DNA from: Abditibacteriaceae bacterium
GTDB taxonomy: Bacteria > Armatimonadota > Abditibacteriia > Abditibacteriales > Abditibacteriaceae
NCBI GenBank assembly: GCA_965277285.1
Contig: OZ255721.1
Coordinates: 256,001 to 320,000 of the forward strand
DNA: 64,000 bases
Direction of reading: 5' to 3'
Made by a program: the position numbers and the translations under genes. The notes beneath the pieces are model-generated. The model had not been told where the DNA came from. It made no database searches and saw only the letters and a list, made by a program, of their open reading frames with translations. This document shows positions 51,246-61,062 of this stretch, in pieces (within the stretch, counting starts at the first letter, position 1; each line of letters opens with the position of its first letter).

Positions 51246-51283
51246 TCGAGTACTCGATTCGCGCACTTGTTAAACTATCGCGC

Positions 51284-54200
51284 GTGGTTCCTGTTTCCCT
51301 TCATCTCACTAACTTTCTTTCTTACGCCAGTCCCGCCGCGCCGCTCGATTTCACGGGTTTCCAGACCGCGTGTTTGTGCGGCAATAATGGTCATGGAAAA
51401 TCCGCTTTGCTCGATGCCCTGACGTGGGCGATGTGGGGCAAGGCGCGCATGCAAACGCCGCAGCTCCTGCGTATCGGCGCGGGAGAAATGCGCGTCGAGT
51501 TCGTCTTCGATTTGGATGGCGAACGGTATCGCATCGTGCGCGGCTGGACGAAAAACAAGCGCGGCGGCACGCCTTTGCTCGAATTCAATGTCGCCGATGC
51601 GCAAAGCGGACTTTTTCGCGCGCTGACCTCTTCTTCCACGACCGAAACGCAGACGATTCTCAACAACCTCCTGCGCATGGATTACGAGACGTTCATCAAT
51701 TCGGCCTACCTCAAGCAAGGCATGGCCGATGTGTTTTCGCGCCAGATGCCAGGCCAGCGCAAGCAAATCCTCGCCGAGATTTTGGGATTGAGCCGCTATC
51801 AGGAAATCGCCGAACAGGCGCGCACCGAAATGCGCCAGAAAGACACGATTGTGGCGCAGTTGGAAGGTCAGATCGAGGCGATTGAAAAGTATCTTTCAGG
51901 CCGCGAGGAAGCGCAGCGTTCGCACGATTTTTATGACGATGCCTTGAAGAAACTGCGCCCAAAAATCGACAGGCTGGACGAGCAAATCCGCGAATTGAAC
52001 GCGCGCAAAGTTCGCTTGGACGAGTCGCGCAAAAGAGCCGAAAGCATTGCCGGAGAAGTCGCGCTGGAAACGCGCAAGCGCGACGAATTGCTCAAGGCGC
52101 GCGGCAAACTGCTGGCGCAACAAGCCGAACTCGAGGAATGGCAGGCGCAAAGCACGATTATCATCGAGAATTACGACCATTTTCGCGCGGCGGAAGAAGA
52201 GCGCCGCAAATGGGAAGCGGTCAAGGACAAATACGACGCGCTGGGCGAAAGCTATCGCGCCTTGAACGAAAGAGTCCGCGAAATGTCGCGCCATTTGGAA
52301 GCGCAACGCAGCGATTTGCAAACGCAACTGGCGCATCACAATCGAGTACTTGAAAGCGCGCAAAACAAAGTCGCGGGCGCCTCCGAAGTCCAAAAAGGCG
52401 CGCAGGAATTGCAATCGGCGCGCGAAGAAGAAGCGCGTCTGGGCGAGCAACGAGCGGCTTTCGACCGCGCCACGCGCCAACTCGACGAAGCGCAAAACGC
52501 TCTGCGCGCGGCGCGCAATTCCCTCGATGTCGAGCTGCATAAAACCCAGAACCAGATCGCCGAACTTGAACAAATCGCGGCGCGCAAAGAAAACGCTTAT
52601 CGAGTACTCGAAAGCGCGCGCGCTCAGGTCGAAAAGCTGCATCAGGCGCAGAAAATTGTCGATGAATCGCAGGAAGAACGCTTGCAGATTCAGGCGCGCA
52701 TCGAACAATTGAAGCAGCAAGTCGAAGCCGGCAAAGCCGAAACTGCGGCGCAAGAACAAAAGTTGCGCGTTCTGCTGGCCAATCCGCAGGCGCAATGTCC
52801 GCTTTGCGAAACGTCTTTGGGCGAGCACGGGCGCGAGCACATTCAGGAAAACATCGAAGACGAAATCCTCAAGTTGAAGGATTTGATTGAGGAATACACG
52901 CAGGAAGCGCGGCTTTTGAAAAAGAAAAAAGACGCGCTTGATGAACCCGCGAATGCCGCACGCGCGGTCTTGAACCTGGCGCAAAAATATCACGCGCAGG
53001 AAGCCAACGCCAAAGCTGAAACCGAGCGCATCGAAGACGCCGCGCGTCGCCTGCAACCGTTGTGCAAGGAGGCCGCAACGCTGCAAGCGCAAATCGAAAG
53101 CGGCGATTTCGCGCCCGAATTGCAAAGCCGTTTGAAAAGTTCGCAAGCCGATTTAGCCAATATCGAGTACTCGAATCAGGCGCACGAAGCGGCTGCGCGC
53201 CGCGTCCGCGAACTATCGCGCTTTGAACGAGAAATCGCCGCCGTGCGCCTGGCCGAAGAACAAATCGCCGACGCGCAAGGCCACATCGCCGACCTGGAGC
53301 CGCGACTTCAATCCATCGAAAGCGATTTGGAAAGCGGCGAATACGCGCGCGACGAACGCCGCGAACTGGCGCGTTTGAAAGCGCAGGCCGAAGCGTTGGG
53401 ATTCGATGGCGCCGCCAAAGACGCTTTGAGAACAGCGCGCGAAACTTCGGAACGCTTGCAAAACGCGACCGCGCGCTACGAGAAATATAAGAGCGTTCTA
53501 TCGCGCTGCGGCGATCTGGAAAACGATCTGGCGCAAAGCGTTCGCGTACTCGAAGAACACGAGGAACGCTTGCGCAATTTGCAAAGGGAAAGCGACGCTT
53601 TGCGCAATGTGGCGGCGGAAATGACGACCTGCGAGCGTTCGCTGCGCGAATATGGAACGGAAATCGACGAGGCGCGCCAAAACGAGCTCGAACTTTCCGC
53701 CGCGCTGGGCGGACAAATCAACTTTCTGGAAGAATGCAATCGCCGCGACGCCGAGCGCATCCAACTGGACGAACGTCGCAAAGATGCGCAGCGCGAAGCC
53801 TTCATCTTGAAGCGCACCAGCGAAGCCTTTGGCAAAGACGGCATTCAAGCCTTGATTATCGAAAACGCGATCCCCGAAATCCAGGACGACGCGAACACGA
53901 TTCTGCGCCGCCTGACGCACAACACGATGCAGATTTCGCTCGAATCGCAGCGCGAAAAGCAAAGCGGCGGCACGCGCGAAACCCTCGACATCAAAATCAG
54001 CGACGACCGCGGCACGCGCGAATACGGCTTGTTCTCCGGCGGCGAGGCATTTCGCGCCGATTTCGCCTTACGCATCGCTTTGTCGAAACTGCTGGCGCGC
54101 CGCGCCGGAACGCAGTTGCGCACTTTGATCATCGACGAAGGTTTCGGCACCCAGGACAGCGACGGCTTGCAGCAAATGATCGAGTGCATTCAGGCAATTT

Positions 54201-54325
54201 CCGACGACTTTTCCAAAGTCCTCGTCGTCACGCACATGGACGCCATCAAAAACGCTTTCCCGACGCGCATCGAAATCGTCAAAGAACCGGATACGGGTTC
54301 GAGTTATCAAGTGATTTCCAGTTGA
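51284..54325 (+). CDS. sbcC: SbcC/Rad50 family SMC-like ATPase
   Basis: GTG start (VPVSLHLTNFLSY), GNNGHGKS, Q-loop YLKQG, coiled coils, CPLC zinc hook, FSGGE, LIIDEGFG, VVTH. Confidence 0.92.
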   Translation: MVPVSLHLTNFLSYASPAAPLDFTGFQTACLCGNNGHGKSALLDALTWAMWGKARMQTPQLLRIGAGEMRVEFVFDLDGERYRIVRGWTKNKRGGTPLLEFNVADAQSGLFRALTSSSTTETQTILNNLLRMDYETFINSAYLKQGMADVFSRQMPGQRKQILAEILGLSRYQEIAEQARTEMRQKDTIVAQLEGQIEAIEKYLSGREEAQRSHDFYDDALKKLRPKIDRLDEQIRELNARKVRLDESRKRAESIAGEVALETRKRDELLKARGKLLAQQAELEEWQAQSTIIIENYDHFRAAEEERRKWEAVKDKYDALGESYRALNERVREMSRHLEAQRSDLQTQLAHHNRVLESAQNKVAGASEVQKGAQELQSAREEEARLGEQRAAFDRATRQLDEAQNALRAARNSLDVELHKTQNQIAELEQIAARKENAYRVLESARAQVEKLHQAQKIVDESQEERLQIQARIEQLKQQVEAGKAETAAQEQKLRVLLANPQAQCPLCETSLGEHGREHIQENIEDEILKLKDLIEEYTQEARLLKKKKDALDEPANAARAVLNLAQKYHAQEANAKAETERIEDAARRLQPLCKEAATLQAQIESGDFAPELQSRLKSSQADLANIEYSNQAHEAAARRVRELSRFEREIAAVRLAEEQIADAQGHIADLEPRLQSIESDLESGEYARDERRELARLKAQAEALGFDGAAKDALRTARETSERLQNATARYEKYKSVLSRCGDLENDLAQSVRVLEEHEERLRNLQRESDALRNVAAEMTTCERSLREYGTEIDEARQNELELSAALGGQINFLEECNRRDAERIQLDERRKDAQREAFILKRTSEAFGKDGIQALIIENAIPEIQDDANTILRRLTHNTMQISLESQREKQSGGTRETLDIKISDDRGTREYGLFSGGEAFRADFALRIALSKLLARRAGTQLRTLIIDEGFGTQDSDGLQQMIECIQAISDDFSKVLVVTHMDAIKNAFPTRIEIVKEPDTGSSYQVISS

Positions 54326-54362
54326 ATTGAGTCCTCAATTAAATGACGTTTGGTGATATAAA

Positions 54363-54722
54363 ATGCAAGAAATTGGTGGAGATTGGCGCACCGTTTTGAA
54401 GCGCGAATTCGATGGTGAGGAAGGAACGTTTACGTCTGAAATCCGCTGTGGAAAAGGTTGGGACAAAGAGGCACATTTACAGCTTTTTCGCGCCATGATT
54501 GAATGTTGCAAAGCGCACGAAGGACAAGGAAGTGTTGAGAGATGGATAGCAGCAGGCTTTTGGTGGCTTGACTGGTATCCGCGCCAAATCATCGAAAGGC
54601 TTTCTGAACAAGAGAACCTGGATTACTACGTCAATGCAATTACAAATTTCAACCACTTGTCCCATTGGCTTTTTAACGGTGAGGGACGAGCAGAAGACGA
54701 GTTCGAGACGTTTACAAGATAA
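54363..54722 (+). CDS. Hypothetical protein (119 aa, AT-richer, Trp-rich)
   Basis: Clean ORF, composition differs from neighbours; no family recognised. Confidence 0.65.
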   Translation: MQEIGGDWRTVLKREFDGEEGTFTSEIRCGKGWDKEAHLQLFRAMIECCKAHEGQGSVERWIAAGFWWLDWYPRQIIERLSEQENLDYYVNAITNFNHLSHWLFNGEGRAEDEFETFTR

Positions 54723-55303
54723 GTAGAAAGTCGCTAATCGAGTACTCGATTCTTCTCTGCGCCTCCGCGTTTTTGCGGTGAATTTTCCTCCGCAAAGATT
54801 TAACATTTCAACGATGAAACCACTTGATAAATCGCGCGTCTTGGGGTAAGATTTGCAGTCCGCAAGATGATTTTTGTTGGACGTAAATGCTGGACAAAAA
54901 CCGAACAAGCCGCACAGTAGCGAACGCTACAACGCAAGTCACACTGGGGGCCTAACTCGCACGAGCGGGGATTAGTCCCGAACTGGTGTGGCTTTTTCTT
55001 GTGCCGCGATTCTGTCTTCGGATGGAAAAACGGTGTCGCAAAGACGCACAGAGACGCACAAACAATGTTGCACAACCGAAGAAAATCGCGGTTCACGGTA
55101 CGCGATTTTCAGTTGTTACTTTTCACTACCGAGAAAGGAGTGTGGCCCGGTCAAAACAAGGATGAGCTTTGCGGATTGAAGCCGAGAACGAGTACTCGAA
55201 TGTGCTCGTTTCGCGTTTCGCAGTTCCGCCTTCATTCTTCCACTGTCGGGCTTGACATGGCGTGGGGCCACAACGTCCCCGCCGCTGCTGAGGAGGCAGA
55301 ACA

Positions 55304-55870
55304 ATGCATCTGGTTATTGAAGGACGTGGCGGCGACTGGCACAAGCTCCAGGATTTGCCGGCCTTATACGAGTTGCTCGACACCTTGCCGGGCCGCATCA
55401 ACATGACGAAAATCATGCCGCCGATTGTGACGCGTTACGTCGGCGTGACGCCCGCCGATTGGGGCATTTCCGGTTTCGTCATGATCGCCGAATCGCACAT
55501 TTCGGTGCACACTTTCCCCGAAAAAGGCGAAGTCGCCATTGATGTCTTTTCCTGCAAAGAATTCGATCCGGCGAAAACCTGCGGGTTGCTGGCCGAAGCG
55601 TTTGGCCTGACCGAAGTCGAGACGTGCGTGTTGCGTCGCGGCCTGGAATACGGCAACGACACGACGATGCTGCCAACGCGTTTCGCGCACGAAGTGACGG
55701 CTCAAACGCCGGACATCACCAAGCCGGACAACTACGAAACCGATGCTGCTGCCAAAGCGCGCTACGATAACCCGTTTATCGAAAACGCCCTCGCCGGTTA
55801 CAATCCGAACGGCTACGAAGCCACAGCCATCGCCAAAAACGGCCAAGCTGTCCTCAACGGCACACACTGA
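55304..55870 (+). CDS. speD: S-adenosylmethionine decarboxylase proenzyme family (pyruvoyl, class 1B)
   Basis: MHLVIEG, GISGFVMIAESHISVHTFPE self-cleavage ES motif, IDVFSC, RG; GAGGAGG SD. Confidence 0.88.
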   Translation: MHLVIEGRGGDWHKLQDLPALYELLDTLPGRINMTKIMPPIVTRYVGVTPADWGISGFVMIAESHISVHTFPEKGEVAIDVFSCKEFDPAKTCGLLAEAFGLTEVETCVLRRGLEYGNDTTMLPTRFAHEVTAQTPDITKPDNYETDAAAKARYDNPFIENALAGYNPNGYEATAIAKNGQAVLNGTH

Positions 55871-55900
55871 CTTTGCAATATCGAATACTCGATGTGATAC

Positions 55901-55936
55901 AAAAGGCTTCCACGCAGTTGTGGAAGCCTTTTCTTA
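55901..55936 (+). terminator. Intrinsic terminator after speD
   Basis: AAAAGGCTTCCAC-gcagtt-GTGGAAGCCTTTTCTT. Confidence 0.8.
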
Positions 55937-56024
55937 TATTGCTGGATCACCACGTTTCTGGTTGCAAAACCGAGCGCGTCCGATGCCATTGTGGAAGCGG
56001 ATGAGTTTTCTCATAATTTAGAAA

Positions 56025-56426
56025 ATGAAACGCAAAGTCGCTGAACCAAAACAAGAACCTCCGTTTTTTGATGAGGATGGCACTTTCCACTTTCAGGCCG
56101 TTTCTTCGGATGCGCGCCTCGCGGTTCGCTTGAAGCCATTGCCCGAAAAGTTGGTTCGGTGGTGCGAGAGATTTGAGACCAATTGTCATTTCGATTGTTG
56201 CGGCTTGTATACCCTTGGGTTCAAGCCAGCAACTCAATGGGATAAACGGTGGGTTTACAATTCCCAAACGATGACGTTGCTTCAGTGCCTGCGAGATGAA
56301 GTGGAGTGCGCGCCAGGTGAAGTTCTGAACATTCCGAATTTCCAAGCAATGTTGTATAAAAACGACTTGCTGTTCTTGATAGATTATCTGCAAGAAGAAA
56401 TGCACAAAAGTGTCAAATGGCGCTAA
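56025..56426 (+). CDS. Hypothetical Cys-motif protein
   Basis: Clean ORF with ETNCHFDCCGL motif. Confidence 0.6.
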   Translation: MKRKVAEPKQEPPFFDEDGTFHFQAVSSDARLAVRLKPLPEKLVRWCERFETNCHFDCCGLYTLGFKPATQWDKRWVYNSQTMTLLQCLRDEVECAPGEVLNIPNFQAMLYKNDLLFLIDYLQEEMHKSVKWR

Positions 56427-56520
56427 AAGTAAATCGAGTACTCGAAGGGCTGCGTTCTTTATCAAACGTGGCTTTTTGCTTAAATAAATAGCCAACATCA
56501 CTACTACAAGAAGGTTCAAG

Positions 56521-56808
56521 ATGGCAGAAAAAGAGAAAATCGAGCAGTTTGTTCGTTTACTGGATGAAATGATTTCGTCATTGCAGCTTATGCTGGATGA
56601 AGACCCTGAGGAAACTCGGGCTTCGAGTATGACTCGACGTTTCTTAAACAATTTCTTGGACACTCGCCAAGCGGCTTTGGAAGGTCGGTTGCATCCTTCA
56701 AAGGGCGGCGGAATGGGAGCAGGAAGAGCAATGAGTGAGTTCAATTATGATGAGCTTGGCCAATTAGCCAATAAAATAGACCTCTTTTATAAAATACAGT
56801 TGGCCTGA
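56521..56808 (+). CDS. Hypothetical protein (95 aa, AT-richer)
   Basis: Clean ORF, AGAAGG upstream, helical composition. Confidence 0.6.
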   Translation: MAEKEKIEQFVRLLDEMISSLQLMLDEDPEETRASSMTRRFLNNFLDTRQAALEGRLHPSKGGGMGAGRAMSEFNYDELGQLANKIDLFYKIQLA

Positions 56809-56894
56809 TCTTCTCTAAAAGGCGCGTTCTTCATTGAACGTGGCCGTTTATTTTCAATGCGCAATCTGGCGAAAGTTTTTGTTAATCTTGAGGC

Positions 56895-57767
56895 ATGACA
56901 ACGGATTTGATTCTCGATACGGATATTGGCGACGATGTGGATGATGCGCTGGCGCTGGGCTTGATTTGCAATTCGCCCGAACTGAATTTGGTTGGCGTGA
57001 CGACGGTGTTTCGAGATGCGCTGCGTCGCGCGATTCTGGCGACCGAAGTTTTGCGATTGTTCGGGCGCGAAGAGGTCGCGGTTCACGCGGGAACGTCGCG
57101 GCCTTTGTTGCAACGTTGGGAAGATATTGCGCGCGGCGGCGAAAGCGTGGGCAAACAGTTTGAGGCGCTCGACCCGAAATTAAAGCCGCCAATCAGCGCG
57201 CACGCAGTAGATTTTCTGGCGCAAAAGATCATCGAGTACGCGAAACGCGGAGAAAGGTTGACTGTTGCGGCGATTGGGCCGTTGACCAACATCGCGTTAT
57301 TGTTCGCGCGCTATCCCGAAACAATTCCGTTGTGTCGCTTGTTGTTGATGGGCGGACGGTGGAGCGAAGGCTATGCGGAATGGAACATTTTATGCGATCC
57401 TGAAGCCGCCGCGATGGTGTTCCGTGCGGGTGCCGATTTGACAATGGTCGGGCTGGATGTGACGAATCGCTGCGTTTTGTCGGATGAACAAGTCGCACAA
57501 TTTCGAGCCTCGAACACGCCGCGCGCCACGTTTTTAGCCGATTTGATCGCGTTGTGGGATCACAAAGTCACGTTGCATGATCCTTTGACGGTTTTGACGT
57601 TGTGCGAAGAATGCGTGCGTTTTGAAACCAAACGCATCGAAGTCGGTTTGTGCCGCGAAAATCGCGGTTGGACGCAAATCGTCGAAGGCACAGTGAATTG
57701 CCGCGTCGCGGTTGATGTCGATGTGGAGAAAGCGGTTGCCAGTTTCATGGCGCGCATTCTACGATAG
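56895..57767 (+). CDS. Inosine/uridine-preferring nucleoside hydrolase family
   Basis: ILDTDIGDDVDDALAL, IGPLTNIA, MGG, AEWNILCDPEAA, GLDVT, LHDP. Confidence 0.93.
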   Translation: MTTDLILDTDIGDDVDDALALGLICNSPELNLVGVTTVFRDALRRAILATEVLRLFGREEVAVHAGTSRPLLQRWEDIARGGESVGKQFEALDPKLKPPISAHAVDFLAQKIIEYAKRGERLTVAAIGPLTNIALLFARYPETIPLCRLLLMGGRWSEGYAEWNILCDPEAAAMVFRAGADLTMVGLDVTNRCVLSDEQVAQFRASNTPRATFLADLIALWDHKVTLHDPLTVLTLCEECVRFETKRIEVGLCRENRGWTQIVEGTVNCRVAVDVDVEKAVASFMARILR

Positions 57768-57815
57768 CGATTGTTTGTTGGGCAGCGTTTGTGAAAGTTC
57801 GATCCATTGCAAGCC

Positions 57816-60647
57816 ATGAATAAAACATCTTCGACTCTATTTCAACGGGCGCGGCTTTGGCCGTTCGCCGTCCTGATTTTCTCCGCTTCCGCGATGCAAT
57901 GCGCGAACGCCGCACCGTTGTCGAATGCGACGGGAACAACAAATGCGTTGCATTGGCAACCGCTCGATGAGCCTGGCAGCGGCGGCGCGATGGTGGATAT
58001 CGCGGTTTCGCCGTGGGATTCCAGGCGCGTGCTGGTCGCGGGCGATATGCTGGGCGTTGGGCTTTCCACCGATCGCGGCGATTCGTGGCAGGCGACAAGC
58101 GGTTTCAAGACGTGGGAAATGGCGTCCTTTACGTGGCATCCGACTCGCCAAAACGAAGTGTGGGTTGGTTCGATGAGCGGGCCGTATCAATCGCTGGATG
58201 GCGGCAAAACCTGGAATCAAAAGCGCGTTGGGATGCCCACGCCCGCCAGTTTCGGCTATTCGGTGCCGATTGAAAAGGTGATTTTCGATCCTAAGAACAG
58301 CGCGCATTTGCTGGCGCTTGGCGGTTCGAGCCGTCACTGGGATTTCACTGGCAACCCGTTGCGCGGCGTCATTTGGGAATCGAAAAACGACGGCGAAAGT
58401 TGGACGCGTCTGGTCACGATCACGGCGACGGGAACCAGCGCGACCGAAGACAAAGGCGAAAATATCTTGTGGGCGAGCTTTGCGCCGCAATCGAGTACTC
58501 GATTGTATGCTCTGACCGACAACGCGTTCTGGATTTCCCTCGATGGCGGAAAAAGCTGGCGCCAAAGCATGAAGGGCTTGCCCACAGCGACCTTGGAACG
58601 CGTCGCTTTGCACCCGACAAACCCGAATATCTTGTGGATGTCGGTCTACAGTTTCATCGCGCCTGGCGCCAAAACTCGCACGCCAGGCGGCGTCTACAAA
58701 AGCGTGGACGGCGGCCAAACCTGGAAGAACCATTCCCAGGGTTTGGCGCAAATCGTTCACGTCGACGACTTCAACCTGACTTCGTATTACCGCGCGATAG
58801 TGGTCGCGCCTTCCAATCCGAACGTGCTTTATACCAACGATGTGTCGTGGTCAAACGGCACGTCCTACAAAAGCGAAGACGGCGGCGCGACCTGGAAAGC
58901 GGTCGTCTCCAAGAGCAACATCGGCATTGCAAACGAAGACGCGGCCAAGCGTTCAGTTTTTCAACTCGATACGGCGTGTCCATCTGGTCTGGGGCTGGCG
59001 GGAATCACAATTGATCCGCGCGATGCGAATGCGTCATACGGCTTCGGCACGGAAACCATCGCGCGTTCGCTGGATGGTGGCAAAACCTGGAATGATGCGA
59101 CGGCGCAGAAAGTCGGCAATGTGTTCGGCAAGGCGTGGCGTGGTCGCGGTTTCGCGGGCTGGGTTTCGACCAATTTTCGTTTCAATCCGTATCGCAAAGG
59201 TCAGAGCATCTGGCAGGCGATGGACGCTGGGCGCCTGTGGATTTCCGACGATGACTTGAAATCCTGGACGCGCCAATTGAGCGAACCCGACGCGTGGAAC
59301 GGCGGGCGCGATGTGGCTTTCACGCGCGATGGAACGATCTACGCGACAACCGGAACTTACAATTTTACTGGCGTCGCGCGTTCCCGTGACGGCGGCGCAA
59401 CCTGGACAGTTTTGCATGGCAAAGCGCGCAATCTGCCCGAATTTTATAGCGGCAGCGCGCCCGGCGGCATTTATGCGCAGCCCGACAACAGCAAGAAAGT
59501 ATGGGTTTGCGTCAATGGCGCGTTGATGGGCAGCGCAGACGGCGGCGAAACCTGGAATCGAGTACTCGATAAGCCCAGTTTGATGTGGATGGCGAGCGAC
59601 CCGAAAAAACCCTCGCGTTTTTATGTAGCGGGCGACCGCAACATTTACATGACCGACGACGGCCAGAACTTCACGGCGATTGGCGGGCCGCACACGCACG
59701 ATGTCAACATGACAGTGGACAATCGCGGGCGCTTGCTGGTGAGTGCGACCAACAGCGAGCGCAACGGTTTGTGGCGCTATGACGCGACTTTGCCCGAAGC
59801 CGCGCGCTGGACACGACTCAGCGACGAAAGCACGATGGGCGGCGTGGCCGTTGATCCGACGAACCCGAATCGTGTCGTGTTTTCGACCAATCAGAACCCG
59901 TTCACGGAAGTTTCTGCCGCGACTGGAGTCTGGTTCAGCAGCAATGGCGGCCAAAGCTGGAGTCAGCAGAACGACGGTCTGGGAATGCTGCGCGGCAACG
60001 TCCTGGCGTTCGATCCATTTAATCCCGAACGCATTGTTTTCGGCACGTATGGACGCGGCTTTTTTCAAACGACGTGGCCGGCAATCAAGAGCTTAAACGG
60101 TGCGCGCGCATACGTTTCCACCCGCAATGACGCGCAGTTTGCGACCGTGCGTTTTTCCAGTGCGCCGCAGATTGCGCTCGACAACGGCGACATGGAAAAA
60201 GGCGCCGCTCTTCCCGAAGGTTGGAGCAAGCAATGGGTTGGGCACGGCGACATCCAGGTTTCGCGCGACACAGCGGTTTTTCATGGCGGGCAGGCTTCGC
60301 TGCATGTTGAAAGCGTGGGCGACAGCATGGGACAGGCGGCGCGCCTGATGGACGGCGCAAGTGGCAGCCAATTCACGTTGTCTGGCTGGGTGAAAAGCGC
60401 CGGTTCCGCCAAAGTCAACGTTTATGTGCAGTCGTTTAACGGCAATTGGAATCCGGTTGCGGACAACAGTTTTCAGCAGGCCGCTTTTGTGGCGAACACC
60501 ACAGATTGGACGCCTTTCGAGAAGACGATTGTTTTGCCCGCGGGCGTGGCGCATTTCGGCGTCGGCCTGCTGCTGGATGGAAACGGCGAAGCCTGGCTCG
60601 ATGATGTCAAAATCACCAATCTAAAACTGCCGAAAGGCGAATCGTAA
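57816..60647 (+). CDS. Secreted BNR/Asp-box beta-propeller glycoside hydrolase-like protein (GH74/VPS10-like) with C-terminal CBM4/9-like domain
   Basis: Signal peptide; many SxDGGxTW repeats; GTYGRG; NGDME..., TTDWT, GEAWLDDV. Confidence 0.85.
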   Translation: MNKTSSTLFQRARLWPFAVLIFSASAMQCANAAPLSNATGTTNALHWQPLDEPGSGGAMVDIAVSPWDSRRVLVAGDMLGVGLSTDRGDSWQATSGFKTWEMASFTWHPTRQNEVWVGSMSGPYQSLDGGKTWNQKRVGMPTPASFGYSVPIEKVIFDPKNSAHLLALGGSSRHWDFTGNPLRGVIWESKNDGESWTRLVTITATGTSATEDKGENILWASFAPQSSTRLYALTDNAFWISLDGGKSWRQSMKGLPTATLERVALHPTNPNILWMSVYSFIAPGAKTRTPGGVYKSVDGGQTWKNHSQGLAQIVHVDDFNLTSYYRAIVVAPSNPNVLYTNDVSWSNGTSYKSEDGGATWKAVVSKSNIGIANEDAAKRSVFQLDTACPSGLGLAGITIDPRDANASYGFGTETIARSLDGGKTWNDATAQKVGNVFGKAWRGRGFAGWVSTNFRFNPYRKGQSIWQAMDAGRLWISDDDLKSWTRQLSEPDAWNGGRDVAFTRDGTIYATTGTYNFTGVARSRDGGATWTVLHGKARNLPEFYSGSAPGGIYAQPDNSKKVWVCVNGALMGSADGGETWNRVLDKPSLMWMASDPKKPSRFYVAGDRNIYMTDDGQNFTAIGGPHTHDVNMTVDNRGRLLVSATNSERNGLWRYDATLPEAARWTRLSDESTMGGVAVDPTNPNRVVFSTNQNPFTEVSAATGVWFSSNGGQSWSQQNDGLGMLRGNVLAFDPFNPERIVFGTYGRGFFQTTWPAIKSLNGARAYVSTRNDAQFATVRFSSAPQIALDNGDMEKGAALPEGWSKQWVGHGDIQVSRDTAVFHGGQASLHVESVGDSMGQAARLMDGASGSQFTLSGWVKSAGSAKVNVYVQSFNGNWNPVADNSFQQAAFVANTTDWTPFEKTIVLPAGVAHFGVGLLLDGNGEAWLDDVKITNLKLPKGES

Positions 60648-60712
60648 TCTGATCAAACCATGTAGTATGCGCAGCCGCCGCTTTTGAGAAAAGTGTGCAA
60701 AACCGGTGGCAT

Positions 60713-60932
60713 GGGTTTTCGAGTGTCCGCCCCTGAAGGAGCGAGCTAAAAGAAGCAAGACCGATAAAACGGCCTCTCCTGCCGCATAGAATGTCACCAT
60801 AGAGACGATGAATGCACGAGTGAAACGAGCTGCGTCGTGGTGTCTCCTGCCTCATAAAATGTCGCCGTAGAGTCCCATTTATGGGACTTTGTCCCTTAGT
60901 CCGCTCCTTCAGGGGCGGGCACTCGAAAACTC
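60713..60932. mobile_element. MITE/REPIN-like element with about 30-bp terminal inverted repeats
   Basis: GTTTTCGAGTGTCCGCCCCTGAAGGAGCG...CGCTCCTTCAGGGGCGGGCACTCGAAAAC around about 155 bp of non-coding DNA. Confidence 0.6.
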
Positions 60933-61062
60933 GCGCCAAAGGTGTACAAACCCATTTTCTTGTACAATCGAGTACTCGAAAGGACAATTTCGCGGTTCCG
61001 GTTCCATTGTTCCAGTTCCGCATGGTGATTGTCCGAAAAAGCCAAAAGGAACGAACGAAAGC

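Noticed and set aside
51074..51283. Membrane-anchored N-terminal extension on SbcC
   Set aside because: The hydrophobic stretch matches the DUF3592-like paralogue and is a pseudogene remnant that happens to be in frame.
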